From NCBI GenBank assembly GCA_030390025.1, contig CM059447.1, positions 48,856,001-48,920,000 of the forward strand: DNA of 64,000 nucleotides, in the 5' to 3' direction. The translations under genes and the position numbers were made by a program. The notes below the pieces were generated by a model, which did not search any database, was not told where the DNA came from, and worked only from the letters and a program-made list of their open reading frames with translations. Numbering within the stretch: position 1 is the stretch's first letter; each line of letters starts with the position of its first letter. Positions 1-13,569 of this stretch are shown in pieces. This stretch comes from Squalus acanthias. Lineage: Eukaryota.

Positions 1-1293
1 ATTTTCAATTCGGGTATTTTATAAATCTATTTGTGTCTGATTAAATTATTAAAATCTTCAACCTTTAATTTATAAAAATGTTTAAACTCCAATTGGAGTC
101 TCTGTTAAGAGAAGGTTCCAAGATTTCGAAGACTTTTGCGTTAATGAATATTAAGTCTGTTTTCTACCCCAGAAAAATGAGGGGCGGATTGTAGAGATAC
201 GGATCAGCTGATGCACTTCGGCCGGAATCGTTCTGATAACGCGCTGTTACTGTCTGACATACTGCATCAGATTTTAAAATAATCTTTTCCCCCTAAAATA
301 AATTTTTCATAATAGACTAACGTCCCTTTCTCTAAATCAGCAGCAAGACAACCCTGAATTTGTCAATCCCTTTAAAATTGGGATTTCAATTGAGAAATAT
401 GATTTGGGCTTCAGTCTTAAAAGAATTTCTGATGAGAATATTCCTGAGGCGGAGTAAAGAGCGAATTAGATGAATGAGAAAGAGGAGAAGAAAGCGGCAT
501 TTTACAGCCTGCCCCGGATTAAAGAGAAGTTGTTCAATTATAGTCTGAGTCACCCCCTTTAAAACTCAGGAGGGCAAATAAAACTCGGCACAATATTAAT
601 AAAATGACACCTTGCCTTTAATTTCCTGCGGGTACGATTAATGCGCGCAGCTCCCGTTTTAAACCCTGTTCCAGTTGAATTATTAAGCGGCGGGGTCAGT
701 TGTTTCTGGGGCTCTGTGATGTTGAACACTTCCCCTGTTTGCAGTCAATCCCTAACTCCCCACACAGAGTCTTGATTCATGTTTTTAAAAGTCACATTGA
801 AACTGGTTAGTGTCAGTTACTTGAGGGCGAAAGAAACATGCATCAAATTGTTAATAATTCGGTTGGCTCCAGATATTAGCGTCAAAGGAATAATATTTTT
901 GTTTAATAAATATCTGAATTGTGTAACTGTGAAGTTAGGTATTCCCTTGCTCCTTAGAAAATCACACAGAGCGGCCGGAGGGATTCTTGCCCCGTGGAGT
1001 AGCCGGCACTGAATTCGGACAGGGATTGGTTCTCACCTGGACAAGGGGCTTTTCGGTGAAGCCCAGGTGCTTGGTTCTGTTTCTGCGCTTGAACTGATCA
1101 CTGATTCCTCTGGTCTGTTAGAATTATTAAAGGGGCTTTGGTGCTGTCTCTGGAGCTGCTTTCTCAACCTTGCACAGGTCCCAATAGCTCTGTCACTGCT
1201 GACACCGTCACGGCTGAATGGAGAACCAATCATCGCACTGCACCTTGGGAACTGTAGTTCCACATTGGGCAATAGCCAAGATCAGCGTGTCTA

Positions 1294-2255
1294 TTGACAC
1301 CACTGTGTCAACTCTCCCTCACCACCACCTCTCTCGACCCATCCACTGTCTCTAAATTGTCGCACTGCTTGTCCGGCATCCAGCACTGGATAAGCAGAAA
1401 TTTACTCCAAATAAATATTGGGAAGACCGAAGCCATTGCCTTTGGTCCCCGCCACGAATTCCGCTCCCTCGCCATGGACTCCATCCCTCTCCCTGGCTGA
1501 ACCAGACTGTTCACAATCTTGTTGTCATATCTGACCCTGAGATTATCTTCCGACCACATATCTGCACCATAACAAAGACCGCCTATTTCTACCTCCGTAA
1601 CATCGCCCATCTCCGCCCTTGCCTCAGCTTATCTGCTGCTGCAACCCTCATCCGTGCCTTTGTTACCTCTAGACTTGAATATCCCAAAGCACTCCTGGCC
1701 GGCCGACCACTTTCTACACTCCGTAAACTTGAGTTCATCCAAAATGCGGCTGCCCGTGTCCTAACCCGCACCAAGACCTGTTCAATGATCACCCCTGTGC
1801 TCGCTGACCTACATTGGCTCCCGGTTAAGCAACACCTCGATTTTAAATTTCTCACCTTTGTTTTCAAATTCCGCCATGGCCTCGCTCCTCCCCATCTCTG
1901 TAATCTCATTCAGCCCCACAATGCTCTGAGATATCTGCGCATCTCTAATTCTGGCCTATTGAACATCCCCAATTATAATCTGTCAACCATTGCCGGCCGT
2001 GCTTTCAGCTGCCTGGGCCGTAAGGTCTGGAATTCCCACCCTAAACCTCTCCACCTCCCGATCTCTGTCTCCTCCTCTAACATGCTCCTTAAAACCTACC
2101 TCTTTGGCAAGCTTTTGGTTATCTGCCCTAATATATCGTTAGTTCTTATGTGGCATGGAGTCAATTTTTTTTGAGAAAACGCTCTTGCGAAGCACTTTGC
2201 GACATTTACTACATTAAAAGCGCTATATAAATACCAGTTGTTGTTGTTGTTGTAG
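1294..2255 (+). mobile_element. L2-clade LINE 3' fragment
   Basis: Broken RT C-terminus (LQINIGKTEAI, LHWLPVKQ) and (GTT)n tail. Confidence 0.85.
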
Positions 2256-3256
2256 GTGTGTCGGGACATAAGGCAGGACTCACATCAAACAGCCTATTTT
2301 ATAGCAAACAACCCCTATTTGCTGAGCAAACAGAGTCTATTTAAACAGCGCAGTACAGCAAACAGTCTACAGAGTCTATTTAAAAAGAGTCTCTATGAAC
2401 TACAGCAAACAGAACTCATGACCCAAACTACAGCAACTCTCTCTCTCTCTCTGTCTCTCTCTCTTTCTCTCTCTCTCTCAATGTCTCTGTCTCTTTCTCT
2501 TTCTCTCTGATAGCTCAGCGAACATGCACAGTAAGTACAATGAGACATAGTTTACAATTTTCCTTTGATATTGTGATTCACACATATCTGAAAGCTTAAT
2601 CATGATTCCAGAAACAAAAATTGGGGAATAAGCATCATTCAATCAAGAATGCTCGCGACAAAAATCTTTTCAATTAAATGCAAGCAATGGTTACACACAA
2701 AACCATCATGAATTAATAGAAAGGTGTGTTTCGACCATCAGGTAATGAATGCTAACCATATCCATTGGATGTAACCCTCCCTTTACAACCGCCACAGATG
2801 CTAACTAATGAATTCCAGAAGAAAAGATCTCTGGAAATTTCTCCTAAACTCCCTTACACCATCAAACAAGCTCCAGCAGAACATGGTTACCGACAATTCC
2901 AGTTAAACTTAATATACTTTCGACTTACTGCAATGTGTCATTACTGGATATTTATCAAATTGTGGAATAGAATAGATTTCTGCTACACTTTCTATTGCAC
3001 AAGGTGTAGGTTGTCTTTAAACACACGCGTACAGATACCGATAGGCATTCATTTATTGTGGATTGCATTTTATTCACAAGAACAATTTTTAGAAAACTTC
3101 TCCCAGGTATCATCGGAGGGGTTCAGGCCTTCCCAAGTACGGCCTGGTGTTGGTCGGTTCAGTAGCGGATTTTCTGTCCTCAAATGTCCTTGTGGTTGAT
3201 ATCTCTGTTCAGAGAATGTTCAATTCAGCAGTTACAGAATATAACAATCTCTCCTG

Positions 3257-3720
3257 TTCGCCTCTGAGTCAGAAGGTAGTGGGTTCAAGTCCCACTCCAG
3301 ATGCTTGAGCACATAATCCAGGCTGATAACCCAGGGCCGGTACTGAGGGAGCGCTGCACTGTCGGAGGTGCCGCTTTTCGGATGAGATGTTAAACCGAGG
3401 CCCCGTCTGCTTTCTCAGGTGGACGTAAAATATACCACGGCACTATTTCGAAGAAGAGCTGGGGTTCACCTGGTAAATATTTATCCCTCAACCAACATCA
3501 CTAAAACAGATTATCTGGAAACTATATCGTTGCTGTTTGTGGAATCATGCTGTGCGCAATATGGCTGCAGCGTTTCCTATATTACAACAGTGACTACACT
3601 TTAAAAGTACTGCCTTGTCTCTAAGCGTTTTGGGGCATCCTGAAATCTGGACTGGGAGTTGGACCCACAAACTTCCGAGTCAAGAGGCGAGAGTGCAAGC
3701 AACTGCACCACTGCGAACAC
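3257..3720 (+). mobile_element. tRNA-headed Deu-domain SINE (SacSINE1-like)
   Basis: B-box-like GGTTCAAGTCC, a single copy of the 33-bp unit and a conserved body shared with many copies in the window. Confidence 0.75.
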
Positions 3721-4189
3721 CTGAACAAGCAGTGGTTTACTTATCCTAGTTCAGTGTGAATCACTACTGTACTCTGGGGAAGAACACGGTTTCCCAATCT
3801 TTTATTTCAGAAATATAACGGACGTGAACAAAACCTTTCAAGAAATAAGCAAAATTAATATCACGTTAATCAATCTGTCCCGTTTACTTAATTAGCCTCA
3901 GTAAAAGGGTCAGAATGCACAGTACTCGGAATGGTGGGGCCTAGTTTTAATATACACTGAATGGAAACTGGCGACACAGCGCCCCTAGCGGCCAACATAA
4001 ATATCTACTAAAATCAAGAACTTCTTTCAGGGACCTGATGGCCAATTAGGAGGTAGGATGTTCGGACACATATTTATCATATCCAGCATCAGCAATCCTC
4101 TTCTCATTCAAAAAATCATGATGGCCTCTAATTACAAAATAACAATTGATCAATTCCAGGGATGAGGGACTTCAGTTACATGGATAGAA

Positions 4190-5356
4190 GCATAGAAGAT
4201 AGGAGCAGGTGTATGCCATTCGGCCCCTCGAGCCTGCTCCCTCATTTAATGAGATCATGGCTGATCATCCAAATTCAGTACCCTGTCCATGCTTTCTCCC
4301 CATATCCCTTGATCCCTTTAGCCTTAAGAAATATATCTATCTCCTTCTTGAATATATTTAATGATTTGGCCTCCACAGCCTTCTGTGGCAGAGAATTCCA
4401 CAGGTTCACCACTCTCTGGGTGAAGAAATTCCTCCTCATCTCAGTCCTAAATGGCTTACCCCTTATCCTTAGACTGTGACCTCTGGTTCTGGACTCCCCC
4501 GCCATCGGGAACATCCTTTCTGCATCTAGTCGGTCTAGTCCTGTTAGAATTTTATAAGTTTCAATGAGATCACCTCTCATTCTTCTAAACTCTAGCGAAT
4601 ATAATCCTAATCGACCCAATCTCTCTTCATATGTCATTCCTGCCATCCCAGGTATCAGTCTGGTGAATCTTCACTGCACTCCCTCCATGGCAAGAACATC
4701 CTTCCTCAGATAAGGCGACCAAAACTGCATACAATACTCAAGGTGTGGTCTCACCAAGTCCCTGTACAACTGCAGCAAGACATCCTTGCTCCTGTACTCG
4801 AATCCTCTCGCTATGAAGGCCAACATACCATTTGCCTTCTTAACCGCCTGCTGCACCTGCATGCTTACCTTCAGTGACTGGTGCACAAGGACACCCAGGT
4901 CTCGTTGCACTTCCCCTTTTCCCAGTCTATTGCCGTTCAGATAATAATCTGTCTTCCTGATTTTGCCACCAAAGTGGATAACCTCACATTTATCCACATT
5001 ATACTGCATCTGCCATGCATCTGCCCAATCACCCAACCTGTCCAAATCATACTGGAATTTCTCTGCATCCTCCTCACAGCACACATGCCCACCCAGCTTT
5101 GTGTCATCTGCAAACTTGGAAATATTACATCTAGTTCCCTTGTCTAGATCATTAATATATATCGTGAATAACTGGGGTCCAAGCACCGATCCCTGCGGTA
5201 CCCCATTAGTCACTGCCTGCCACTCGGAAAAAGACCCATTTATTCCAAGTCTTTGCTTCCTGTCTGCCAACCAGTTCTCTATCCAAATCAGTACCTTACC
5301 CCCAATCCCATGTGCTTTAACTTTGCACGCTAATCTCTTATGCGGGACCTTATCGA
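4190..5356 (-). mobile_element. CR1 LINE RT/3' fragment nested inside a + strand CR1 (4152-4189 and 5357-5782)
   Basis: GVPQGSVLGP and KFADDTKL motifs; the host element resumes after the insertion. Confidence 0.9.
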
Positions 5357-6717
5357 TAGACTGGAGAAGCTGGGGTTGTTCTCCTTAGAGCAGAGAAGGT
5401 TGAGAGGAGATTTGATAGAGGTGTTTAAAATCATGAGGGATCCAGACAGAGTAGATAGAGAGAATTTGTTCCCATTGGCGGAAGGGTCGAGAACCAGAGG
5501 ACAGAGATTTAAGGTGATTGGCAAAAGAACCAAAGCGACATAAGGAAAATGTTTTTTACGCGGCGAGTGGTTAGGATCTGGAATGCATTGCTTGAAAGGG
5601 TGGTGGAGGCAGACCCAATCATGGCTTTCGAAAAGGAGTTGGATGAGATCCTGAAGGAAAAACTACGGGGAAAGGGCGGGGGGTGGGACTAGCTGAAGTG
5701 TTCTTGCAGAGAGCCGGCACGGGCTCGATCGGCCGAATGGCCTCCTTCTGTGCTGTAACCGTTCTATGATCCTATGATTCTAAACTTCGAGTGCATTGTT
5801 CTATTTTAGGAAAACTTTTTAAAACTTGCTTGCGCGATGTTTCCAACAAACTGGCCAGTAACTGGTGCTACAGTCATAGTCATAGAGTCATAGAGTCATA
5901 CCGCACAGAAGGAGGCCATTCGGCCTATCGAGTCCGTGCCGGCTCTCTGTAGAGCGATCCAGTCAGTCCCATTCCCCTGCTATAACCCCGTAGCCCTGCA
6001 AGTTTATTTCCCTCAAGTGCCTATCCAGTCTCCCCTTGAAAACATTGTGTGTCTCCGCTTCCACCACTTCAATCGGCAGCGAGTTCCAGTTCCTCAGCAC
6101 TTGCTGTGTAAAAAAGATTTTCCTCACATCCCCCTGTATCTCTTGCCCAAAACCTTAAATCTGTGACCCCTAGTCCTTGTACCAACAACTAGTGGGAATA
6201 GCCTTTCCCCGTCTAGCCTATACAGTGCCACCAGTCAAGGCAAAAAGTGCAGGAAAATGCGAGACAAGAAAGTCCTTGTTGTTTAATGTTAGTTGCACAC
6301 TGCCATCGTACTGATACACTAGATTATCTTCATAATACGCCAAGCGGTGTTTGAAAAAGCAATACCTTCTACGTAAATCTTGGCGAGAGCAAAGCGATAG
6401 GAAAATGGGAACAGGAGAAGGCCGTTCAATTAGATCACGTCTGATCTGTATCTTATCTCCATCTACCCGCCCTGGTTCCTTAACCCTTAATACCCTTACC
6501 CAACAAAAATCTATCAATCTCAGTTTTGAAATTTTCAATTGACCCCCAGCCTCAACGCTTTTTGGGAGAGAGAGTTCCAGATTTCCAATGCACATTGTGT
6601 GAAGAACTGCTTCCTGATATCACCCCTGAACGGTCTGGCTCTAATTTTAAGGTTATGCCCCCTTGTTCTGGACTCCTCCCACCAGAGGAATGTTTTTCTC
6701 TCTATTTAAAGGAGAGA

Positions 6718-7190
6718 CAGCTGTGGCCGAGTTGGTAGCACCTTCGCCTTTGAGTTCGAAGTTTGTGTGTTCAAGTCTCATTCTAGAGACTTGAGCACAA
6801 AAATCTAGGCCGACGCTCCCAGTGCAGTTGTGAGGGAGCGCTGCACTGTCAGAGCGGCCGTCTTTCAGGTGAGGCATTAAACTGAGGCCCTGTCTGCCCT
6901 CTCAGGTTGACGTAAAAAATGCAATGGCAATATTCCAAGGAAACCCAGGGGAGTTTACCCTGGAGTCCTGGCCAATAGTTATCCCTCAACCAACATCACT
7001 AAAAAACAGATGATCTGGTCATTATCACATTGGTCTTTGTGGGAGCTTGCTGTGCGCAAATTGTCTGCTGCGTTTCCCACATTACAACAGTGACCACACC
7101 TCAGAAAGTACTTCATTGGCTGTAAAGCGCTTTGGGGCGTCCGGTGGTGGTGAAAGGCGCAATAGAAATGCAAGTCTTTCTATTTTCTAT
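6718..7190 (+). mobile_element. Deu-domain SINE, near full length
   Basis: tRNA-like head, body and L2-like tail (gcaagtctttc). Confidence 0.8.
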
Positions 7191-7880
7191 CAACTTTAAT
7201 CATCTTAAGCTCCTCAGTTTGAGATAGTTTAGGTGTTTGTTGAGAGTCTCTGTTGCTTTACATTGCAAGTTAAGTTACAGTTTCCACCTGCTGTGGATTC
7301 TTTCGTAAATCTGATAGAACCCATTCGAGTTCGCGTCTCTTTCCCGCCTTCTTTTTTGATGACATTTTCAACGCAACAAAATCCGCCGATGTGTCGAGTC
7401 TGGAAAACATATTAAAACAGAGAAATATATAGATATTTAAATCATGTTTATATCAGCTTACTCGTTCTCCATAGGGCACGATCTGGCTTACTGTTTATAG
7501 GCAAGAGTAGACTGCTATTAATCATAAATAATCTCAAATTAGAAACCAATAAGATTCTTTTTAAAATCAACAAATCCATTCAGACAACTGCACTGTTTGA
7601 TTGGTTCACATGTGGAACTAATCCAATCAGCCGTTTCGTCATGCGCCATCTTCCAGGAGAACTGTTTCCAGGGTCAAGGGGCATAGTTCCGAATAATGGC
7701 CCCAGGTTATTGATTTAAGAGAATGGAAGCCGCTGCTTTGGCGCCCCTACCGGCAAGCGAAGAGTTTGCGTGTGATTGGGACCTCAATGAAAAAGCTGTT
7801 TGCCTGCAAGGAGGGCCAAGCTCGTTGCTTAGTGGCGTAGACAGATAGCAACAGCGTCTCGTTATAGCACACAGAAACAT

Positions 7881-8048
7881 NNNNNNNNNNNNNNNNNNNN
7901 NNNNNNNNNNNNNNNNNNNNNNNNNNNNNNNNNNNNNNNNNNNNNNNNNNNNNNNNNNNNNNNNNNNNNNNNNNNNNNNNNNNNNNNNNNNNNNNNNNNN
8001 NNNNNNNNNNNNNNNNNNNNNNNNNNNNNNNNNNNNNNNNNNNNNNNN
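7881..8048. other. Assembly gap (168 N)
   Basis: Run of N. Confidence 1.
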
Positions 8049-8916
8049 GACAAGGGCAGCAGGCGCATGGAAACACCACCACCTCCAAGTTCCCCTCCAA
8101 GTCACACATCATCCTAACTTGGAAATATATCGGCCGTTCCTTCATCGTCGTTGGGTAAAAATCCTGGAACTCCCTCCCTAACAGCGCTGTGGGAGCACCT
8201 TCACCACACGGACTGCAGCGGTTCAAGAAGGCGGCTCACCACCACCTTCTCAAGGGGCAACTAGGGATGGGCAATAAATGCCGGCCTTGCCAGCAACGCC
8301 CACATCCGTGAATAAAGAGAAATACACTCACACACACAGACAAACACATATACACACAGACATACTCACACATACATACACACGTATATATACACACACA
8401 TATACACATCGACACATACACACACTCACATACACACACAAACGCACAAATATTAATAGACTCACCCAAATATAAATACAGACATACACACGCACATAAA
8501 TGCATTCTTAAGACTTGTATATCGACTGAGCATGGAAGCTATTTAGCAACATAGTTTGAGTTATCTTCACAATTATCCAGGAATGTCGTCGCATTTCTGC
8601 ATCTCTAAAATAATTCTTCTGGCTAAATTATTAAAATCAATCACCCCACAGGGGGCCAGAGTGGTGGCGGGGGGTCCTCGACTCCCTGTAGAGATAATAA
8701 AAATAATGTAAATCTGGGTATCTGAAATACAAACAAAAATTGTTGGAATTACACTGCGGATGAGTGTCTGTTGAAGGCATTATGCCCGAAACATTAACTG
8801 ATCATTTCTATCAGTAGATGCCAGTGCGGTTGATGGATTCGCTCTGTTTCCATTCGGAGCGATAATGGGGATTGGATGGAAATTAAGATGACGTAGCCCG
8901 CGGTCTGCTCCCTGTT

Positions 8917-10233
8917 CATAGAAACATAGAAGATAGGAGCAGGAGTAGGCCATTCGGCCCCTCGAGCCTGCTCCGCCATTTAATGAGATCATGGCTGATC
9001 ATCCAAATTCAGTACCCTGTACCTGCTTTCTCCCCATATCCCTTGATCCCTTTAGCCTTAAGAAATATATCTAGCTCCTTCTTGAATATATTTAATGAAT
9101 TGGCCTCAACTGCCTTCTGCGGTAGAGAATTCCACAGGTTCACCACTCTCTAGGTGAAGAAATTCCTCCTCATCTCAGTCCTAAATGGCTTACCCCTTAT
9201 CCGTAGACTGTGACCCCTGGTTCTGGACTCCCCCGCCATCGGGAACATCCTTCCTGCATCTAGTCTGTCTTGTCCTGTTAGAATTTTATAAGTTTCAATG
9301 AGATCCCCTCTCATTCTTCTAAACTCTAGCGAATATAAGCCTAATCGACCCAATCTCTGTTCATACGTCATTCCTGCCATCCCAGGTATCAGTCTGGTGA
9401 ATCTTCGCTGCACTCCCTCCATGGCAAGAACATCCTTCCTCAGATAAGGCGACCAAAACTGCACAAAGTACTCAAGGTGTGGTCTCACCAAGGCTCTGTA
9501 CAACTGCAGCAAGAAATCCTTGCTCCTGTACTCGAATCCTCTCGCTATGAAGGCCAACATACCATTTGCCTTCTTAACCGCCTGCTGCACCTGCATGCTT
9601 ACCTTCAGCGACTGGTGCACAAGGGCACCTAGGTCTCGTTGCACTTCCCCTTTTCCCATTCTATTGCCATTCAGATAATAATCTGCCTTCCTGTTTTTGC
9701 CACCAAAGTGGATAACCTCGCATTTATCCACATTATACTGCATCTGCCCAATCATTCAACCTGTCCAAATCATACTGGAGTTTCTCTGCATCCTCCTCAC
9801 AGCACACACACCCACCCAGCTTTGTGTCGTCTGCAAACTTGGAGATATTACATCTAGTTCCCTCGTCTAGATCACTAATATACATTGTGAATAGCTGGGG
9901 TCCTAGCGCCGATCCCTGCGGTACCCCACTAGTCACTGCCTGCCACTCGGAAAAAGACCCGTTTATTCCAAATCTTTGCATCCTGTCTGCCAACCAGTTC
10001 TCTATCCAAGTCAGTACCTTACCCCAATCCCATGTGCTTTAACTTTGCATGCTAATTTCTTATGCGGGACCTTATCGAAAGCCTTCTGAAAGTCCAAATA
10101 CACCACATCCACTGGTTCTCCCTTACCTATTCTAACAGTTACATACTCAAAAAATTCCAGTAGATTAGTCAAGCATGATTTACCTTTTGTAAATCCATGT
10201 TGACTTTGTTCGATCCTGTCACTGTTTTCCAAG
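8917..10233 (-). mobile_element. CR1 LINE RT/3' fragment
   Basis: [32 protein letters not shown]; (TTCTATG)-type tail. Confidence 0.9.
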
Positions 10234-10830
10234 TGCTCTGCTGTTGGAGGGGCGGTACTGAGGGAATGCCGTACAGTCGGAGGGGCAGTTCAGAGGGAGC
10301 GCCGCACTGTCGGAGGGGCGGTACTGAGGGAGCGCCGTACTGTCGGAGGGGCAGTACAGAGGGATCACTGGACTGTCGGAGGGGCAGTACTGAGGGAGTG
10401 CCACACTGTCGGAGGGGCAGTACAGAGGGAGCGCTGCACTGTCGGAGGGGCAGTACTGAGGGAGCACCGTACAGTCGGAGGGGCAATATTGAGTGAGTGC
10501 CGCAATGTCGGAAGAGATGAGACGTTAAACCGAGGCCAGTCTACCCTCTTGGGTGTGGATGTAAAAGATCCCATGGGCACTATTGGAAGAAGAGCAGGGG
10601 GAGTTCTCCCCGGTGTCCTGAGGCCAATATTTACCCCTCAACCATCACCTCAAACAGATCATCTGGTCATTTATTTAATTGCTGGTTGTGGGATCTTGCT
10701 GTGCGCACATTAGCTGCCGGGTTTCCTTCATTACAACAGTGCCTACTCTTCAAAAGTACGTTATTGGCTTGAAAGCTGCCTGGGACGCCCTGAGGATGCG
10801 AAAGGCACTGTACAAATGCAAGTCTTTGAT
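10234..10830 (+). mobile_element. Deu-domain SINE with an internal 33-bp array (~8 units)
   Basis: Repeats of cagtactgagggagcgccgcactgtcggagggg followed by the SINE body. Confidence 0.8.
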
Positions 10831-10859
10831 TTTTCTTTGTGTACGCTCACACATAAAGA

Positions 10860-11740
10860 ATGGGGATTTGGATTGGGTCATGGACTCCAAATTGGGAGGT
10901 ACAGTTAATACTGAGGGGGACTGTGAAAAACTACAAGAAGACATTTCAAAACTGTCAGAATGAGCGTGTACTTGCTAATGAATGTCAATATATATATAAG
11001 TGTGAGGTGGTGCAGTTTGGTAGGAAGAATAAGGAGCCCACATACTCCTTTGAAAATCAGACTATAAATGGGCTAGAGGAGCAGAGGGATCAGGGGGAAC
11101 AAATACACAAATCACTAAAAGCAGCGACGCAGGTTAATAAGTCCATAAAAAGCAAACAAAACACTAGGGATCATTTCTAGAGGGATACCATTGAAGAGCA
11201 GAAAAATTATGTTAAACTTGCGGAGAACACTGGTTAGAACGCATTTGGAGCACTGTGCACAGTTCTCTCCATATGAGCAAAAGGATACAGAGGCACTGGA
11301 GAAGGTGCAGAAAAGATTTACGAGCATGATACCAGAACTTAGAGGTTATACCCATCAAAAAGATTGAATAGAGAAGAGGAGGCTGAGGGGTGACCTGATA
11401 GAGGTCTTAAAGATTATGAAAGGGTTCGATAGGGTAGACGTAGAGAAGATGTTTCCACTTGTGGGGCAGACAAGATCTAGGGAATTCAGGAGAAACTTCT
11501 TTACCCAGAAAGTGGTGAGAATGTGGAACTCGCTACCACAGGGAGTGGTTGAGGCGAATAGCAGAGATGCAATTAAGGGCAAGCTAGATAAACACATGAG
11601 GGAGAAAGGAATAGAAGGTTATGCTGATGGGGTGAGATGAAGAGGGGTGGGAGGAGGCTCCTGTGGAGCAGATACAACGGCATGGACCAGGTGGGCCGAA
11701 TGGCCTGTTTCTGTGCTGCACATTCTGTGTAATTCTATGG
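10860..11740 (+). mobile_element. Degenerate CR1 fragments
   Basis: Frameshifted RT C-terminus and CR1 3' UTR. Confidence 0.8.
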
Positions 11741-11984
11741 AAGGCGCCTATGGAACCTATGTCAAGGGTGGCCATCTTCAGAAGAATGAAGCGGTATGGA
11801 AACTGGGAGCTAAGAGAAAATTACATCAATTTTAATTTTTAGAATGAATTTCTGGTAGAACTGGTTTTGAGTTGAGCTGACCATTTAGTACCTTACTGAA
11901 TTTCTGAACAGCGATGCGGAAATGCCTGACCTCAACTGATAAAGACGCGAGCCTGAGCTTGAAGCAGAGAGGGGGCAGCTCGTT

Positions 11985-12230
11985 GGCAGCGCAGAGGCGC
12001 TTTGACTGTGACCGCGCCTGTTGCTCTGAATACCACAGCTCACGCTGCTCGGGCCGCTTGCGAGGCGATGTGCAAAGTGCAGCGAGTTGTGGAAACGGCT
12101 GGCCGAGATTCTGACTTGAGCTGGAAAATAATGGCCGAGCTAGAAGCTCTCTGTGGTTTTCCTGTTTCTGCAGCTTAGCCGCTCACACACAGAAAGGTCA
12201 AACAGTGAGGCGCCATGTTCAACCGCACAC
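11985..12230 (-). promoter_or_regulatory. Paralogous copy of the gene B promoter; RUNX/ETS-rich island upstream of gene A
   Basis: 12153-12193 matches 32444-32484 at 33/41 nt, with further colinear blocks. RUNX-like sites at 12032, 12152 and 12221. Confidence 0.55.
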
Positions 12231-12404
12231 AGAAGACAGTTGCCACCCAGGGTAGAGTCAACTGAACAGAGAGCAGACTCGAGTACATTGACCTCATTTA
12301 CAGCCTCCCTTTCCATGTGACACCGCGTCCTGTTTATCTGCATTGCCCAGTGTTTGCACAGGAGTAATTGATCCTATTCTGACCCTCAATATCATTCAGT
12401 AAAT

Positions 12405-13280
12405 ATCCACTCCCTCCACCACCGGCGCACCGTGGCTGCAGTGTGTACTATCTCCATACAAGATGCACTGCAGCAACTCGCCAAGGCTTCTCCGACAGCA
12501 CCTCCCAAACTCGCGACCTCCACCACCTAGAAGGACAAGGAGAGCAGGCGCATGGGAACAACATTACCGCCAAGTTCCCCGCTCCAAGTCACACACAACC
12601 TGACTTGGACAATTATCGGCCGTTCCTTCATCGTCGCCTTTGATTCTTCTGCCAATCACCTTGAATCTGTGTCCTCTGGTTCTCGCCCCATCCGCCAATG
12701 GGAACAGTTTCTCTCTATCTATTCTGACCAGACTCCTCATGATTTTGAACACCTCTATCAAATCTCCTCTCAACCTTCTCTGCTCTAAGGAGAACAACCC
12801 CAGCTTCTCCAGTCTCTCCACGTAACTGAAGTCCCTCATCCCTGGAATCATTCTCGTAAATCTTTTCTGCACCCTCTCTAAGGCCTTCACACATTTCCTA
12901 AAGTGCGGTGTCCAGAATTGGACACAGTACTCCAGTTGGGGTCGAACCAGTGTTTTATAAAGGATCATCATAACTTCCTTGCTTTTGTACTCGGTGCCTC
13001 TATTTATGAAGCCCAGAATCCCGCTTTAACCGCTTTCTCAACCTGCCCGGCCACCATCAGCGATTTGTGCACCTATACCCCCAGGGCTCTCTGTTCATGC
13101 ACCCTCTAAACGTTAACTGCCGAACTTAATATTCAGAACAATGACAAATGCACACATCCATACCATAATTCGCACATTACAACAGTGACTACACTTCAAA
13201 AGTATTTCATTGGCTGTAAAGCGCTTTGAGACGTCGGGTGGTCGTGAAAGGCGCTATATAAATACAAGTCTTTCTATTTT
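12405..13280. mobile_element. Stack of LINE, CR1 (-) and SINE-tail fragments between the promoter relic and gene A
   Basis: Similarity to other copies in the window. Confidence 0.75.
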
Positions 13281-13339
13281 ATAACCTTTCTGTCTCCCTC
13301 TCCGAACTATAATCGAAAGCTCTTTATGTCCACTCTGCA

Positions 13340-13347
13340 ATTTGCAT
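13340..13347 (+). promoter_or_regulatory. Octamer ATTTGCAT upstream of gene A
   Basis: Exact octamer in the Ig light-chain promoter orientation, about 220 bp 5' of the ATG, in non-repeat sequence. Confidence 0.45.
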
Positions 13348-13569
13348 TAGACTGACCGCTGTGACGCACAGACACTGCCCACGTGTAAAATGCATGAGGC
13401 GTGGGATCCAACAGGATACTGCACCCAACGGCTTAGCTCGTAATAGTTTCCACCGTATCTGAAGGGGGTGTAACCAACAGTGTGTGCGCTCGGGTCACTC
13501 GGCGCCCACTCCGAATGCAGAATGTTGAGAGCGAGCACGGGAATAACTGAGCGCGGTTCCGGCCTCAAG

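Noticed and set aside
3070-3210. Minus-strand terminal-exon-like segment with AATAAA
   Set aside because: No recognisable protein and no compatible upstream exon could be supported.
7707-8226. ORFs spanning the N run
   Set aside because: Artefacts of the assembly gap joined to LINE sequence.
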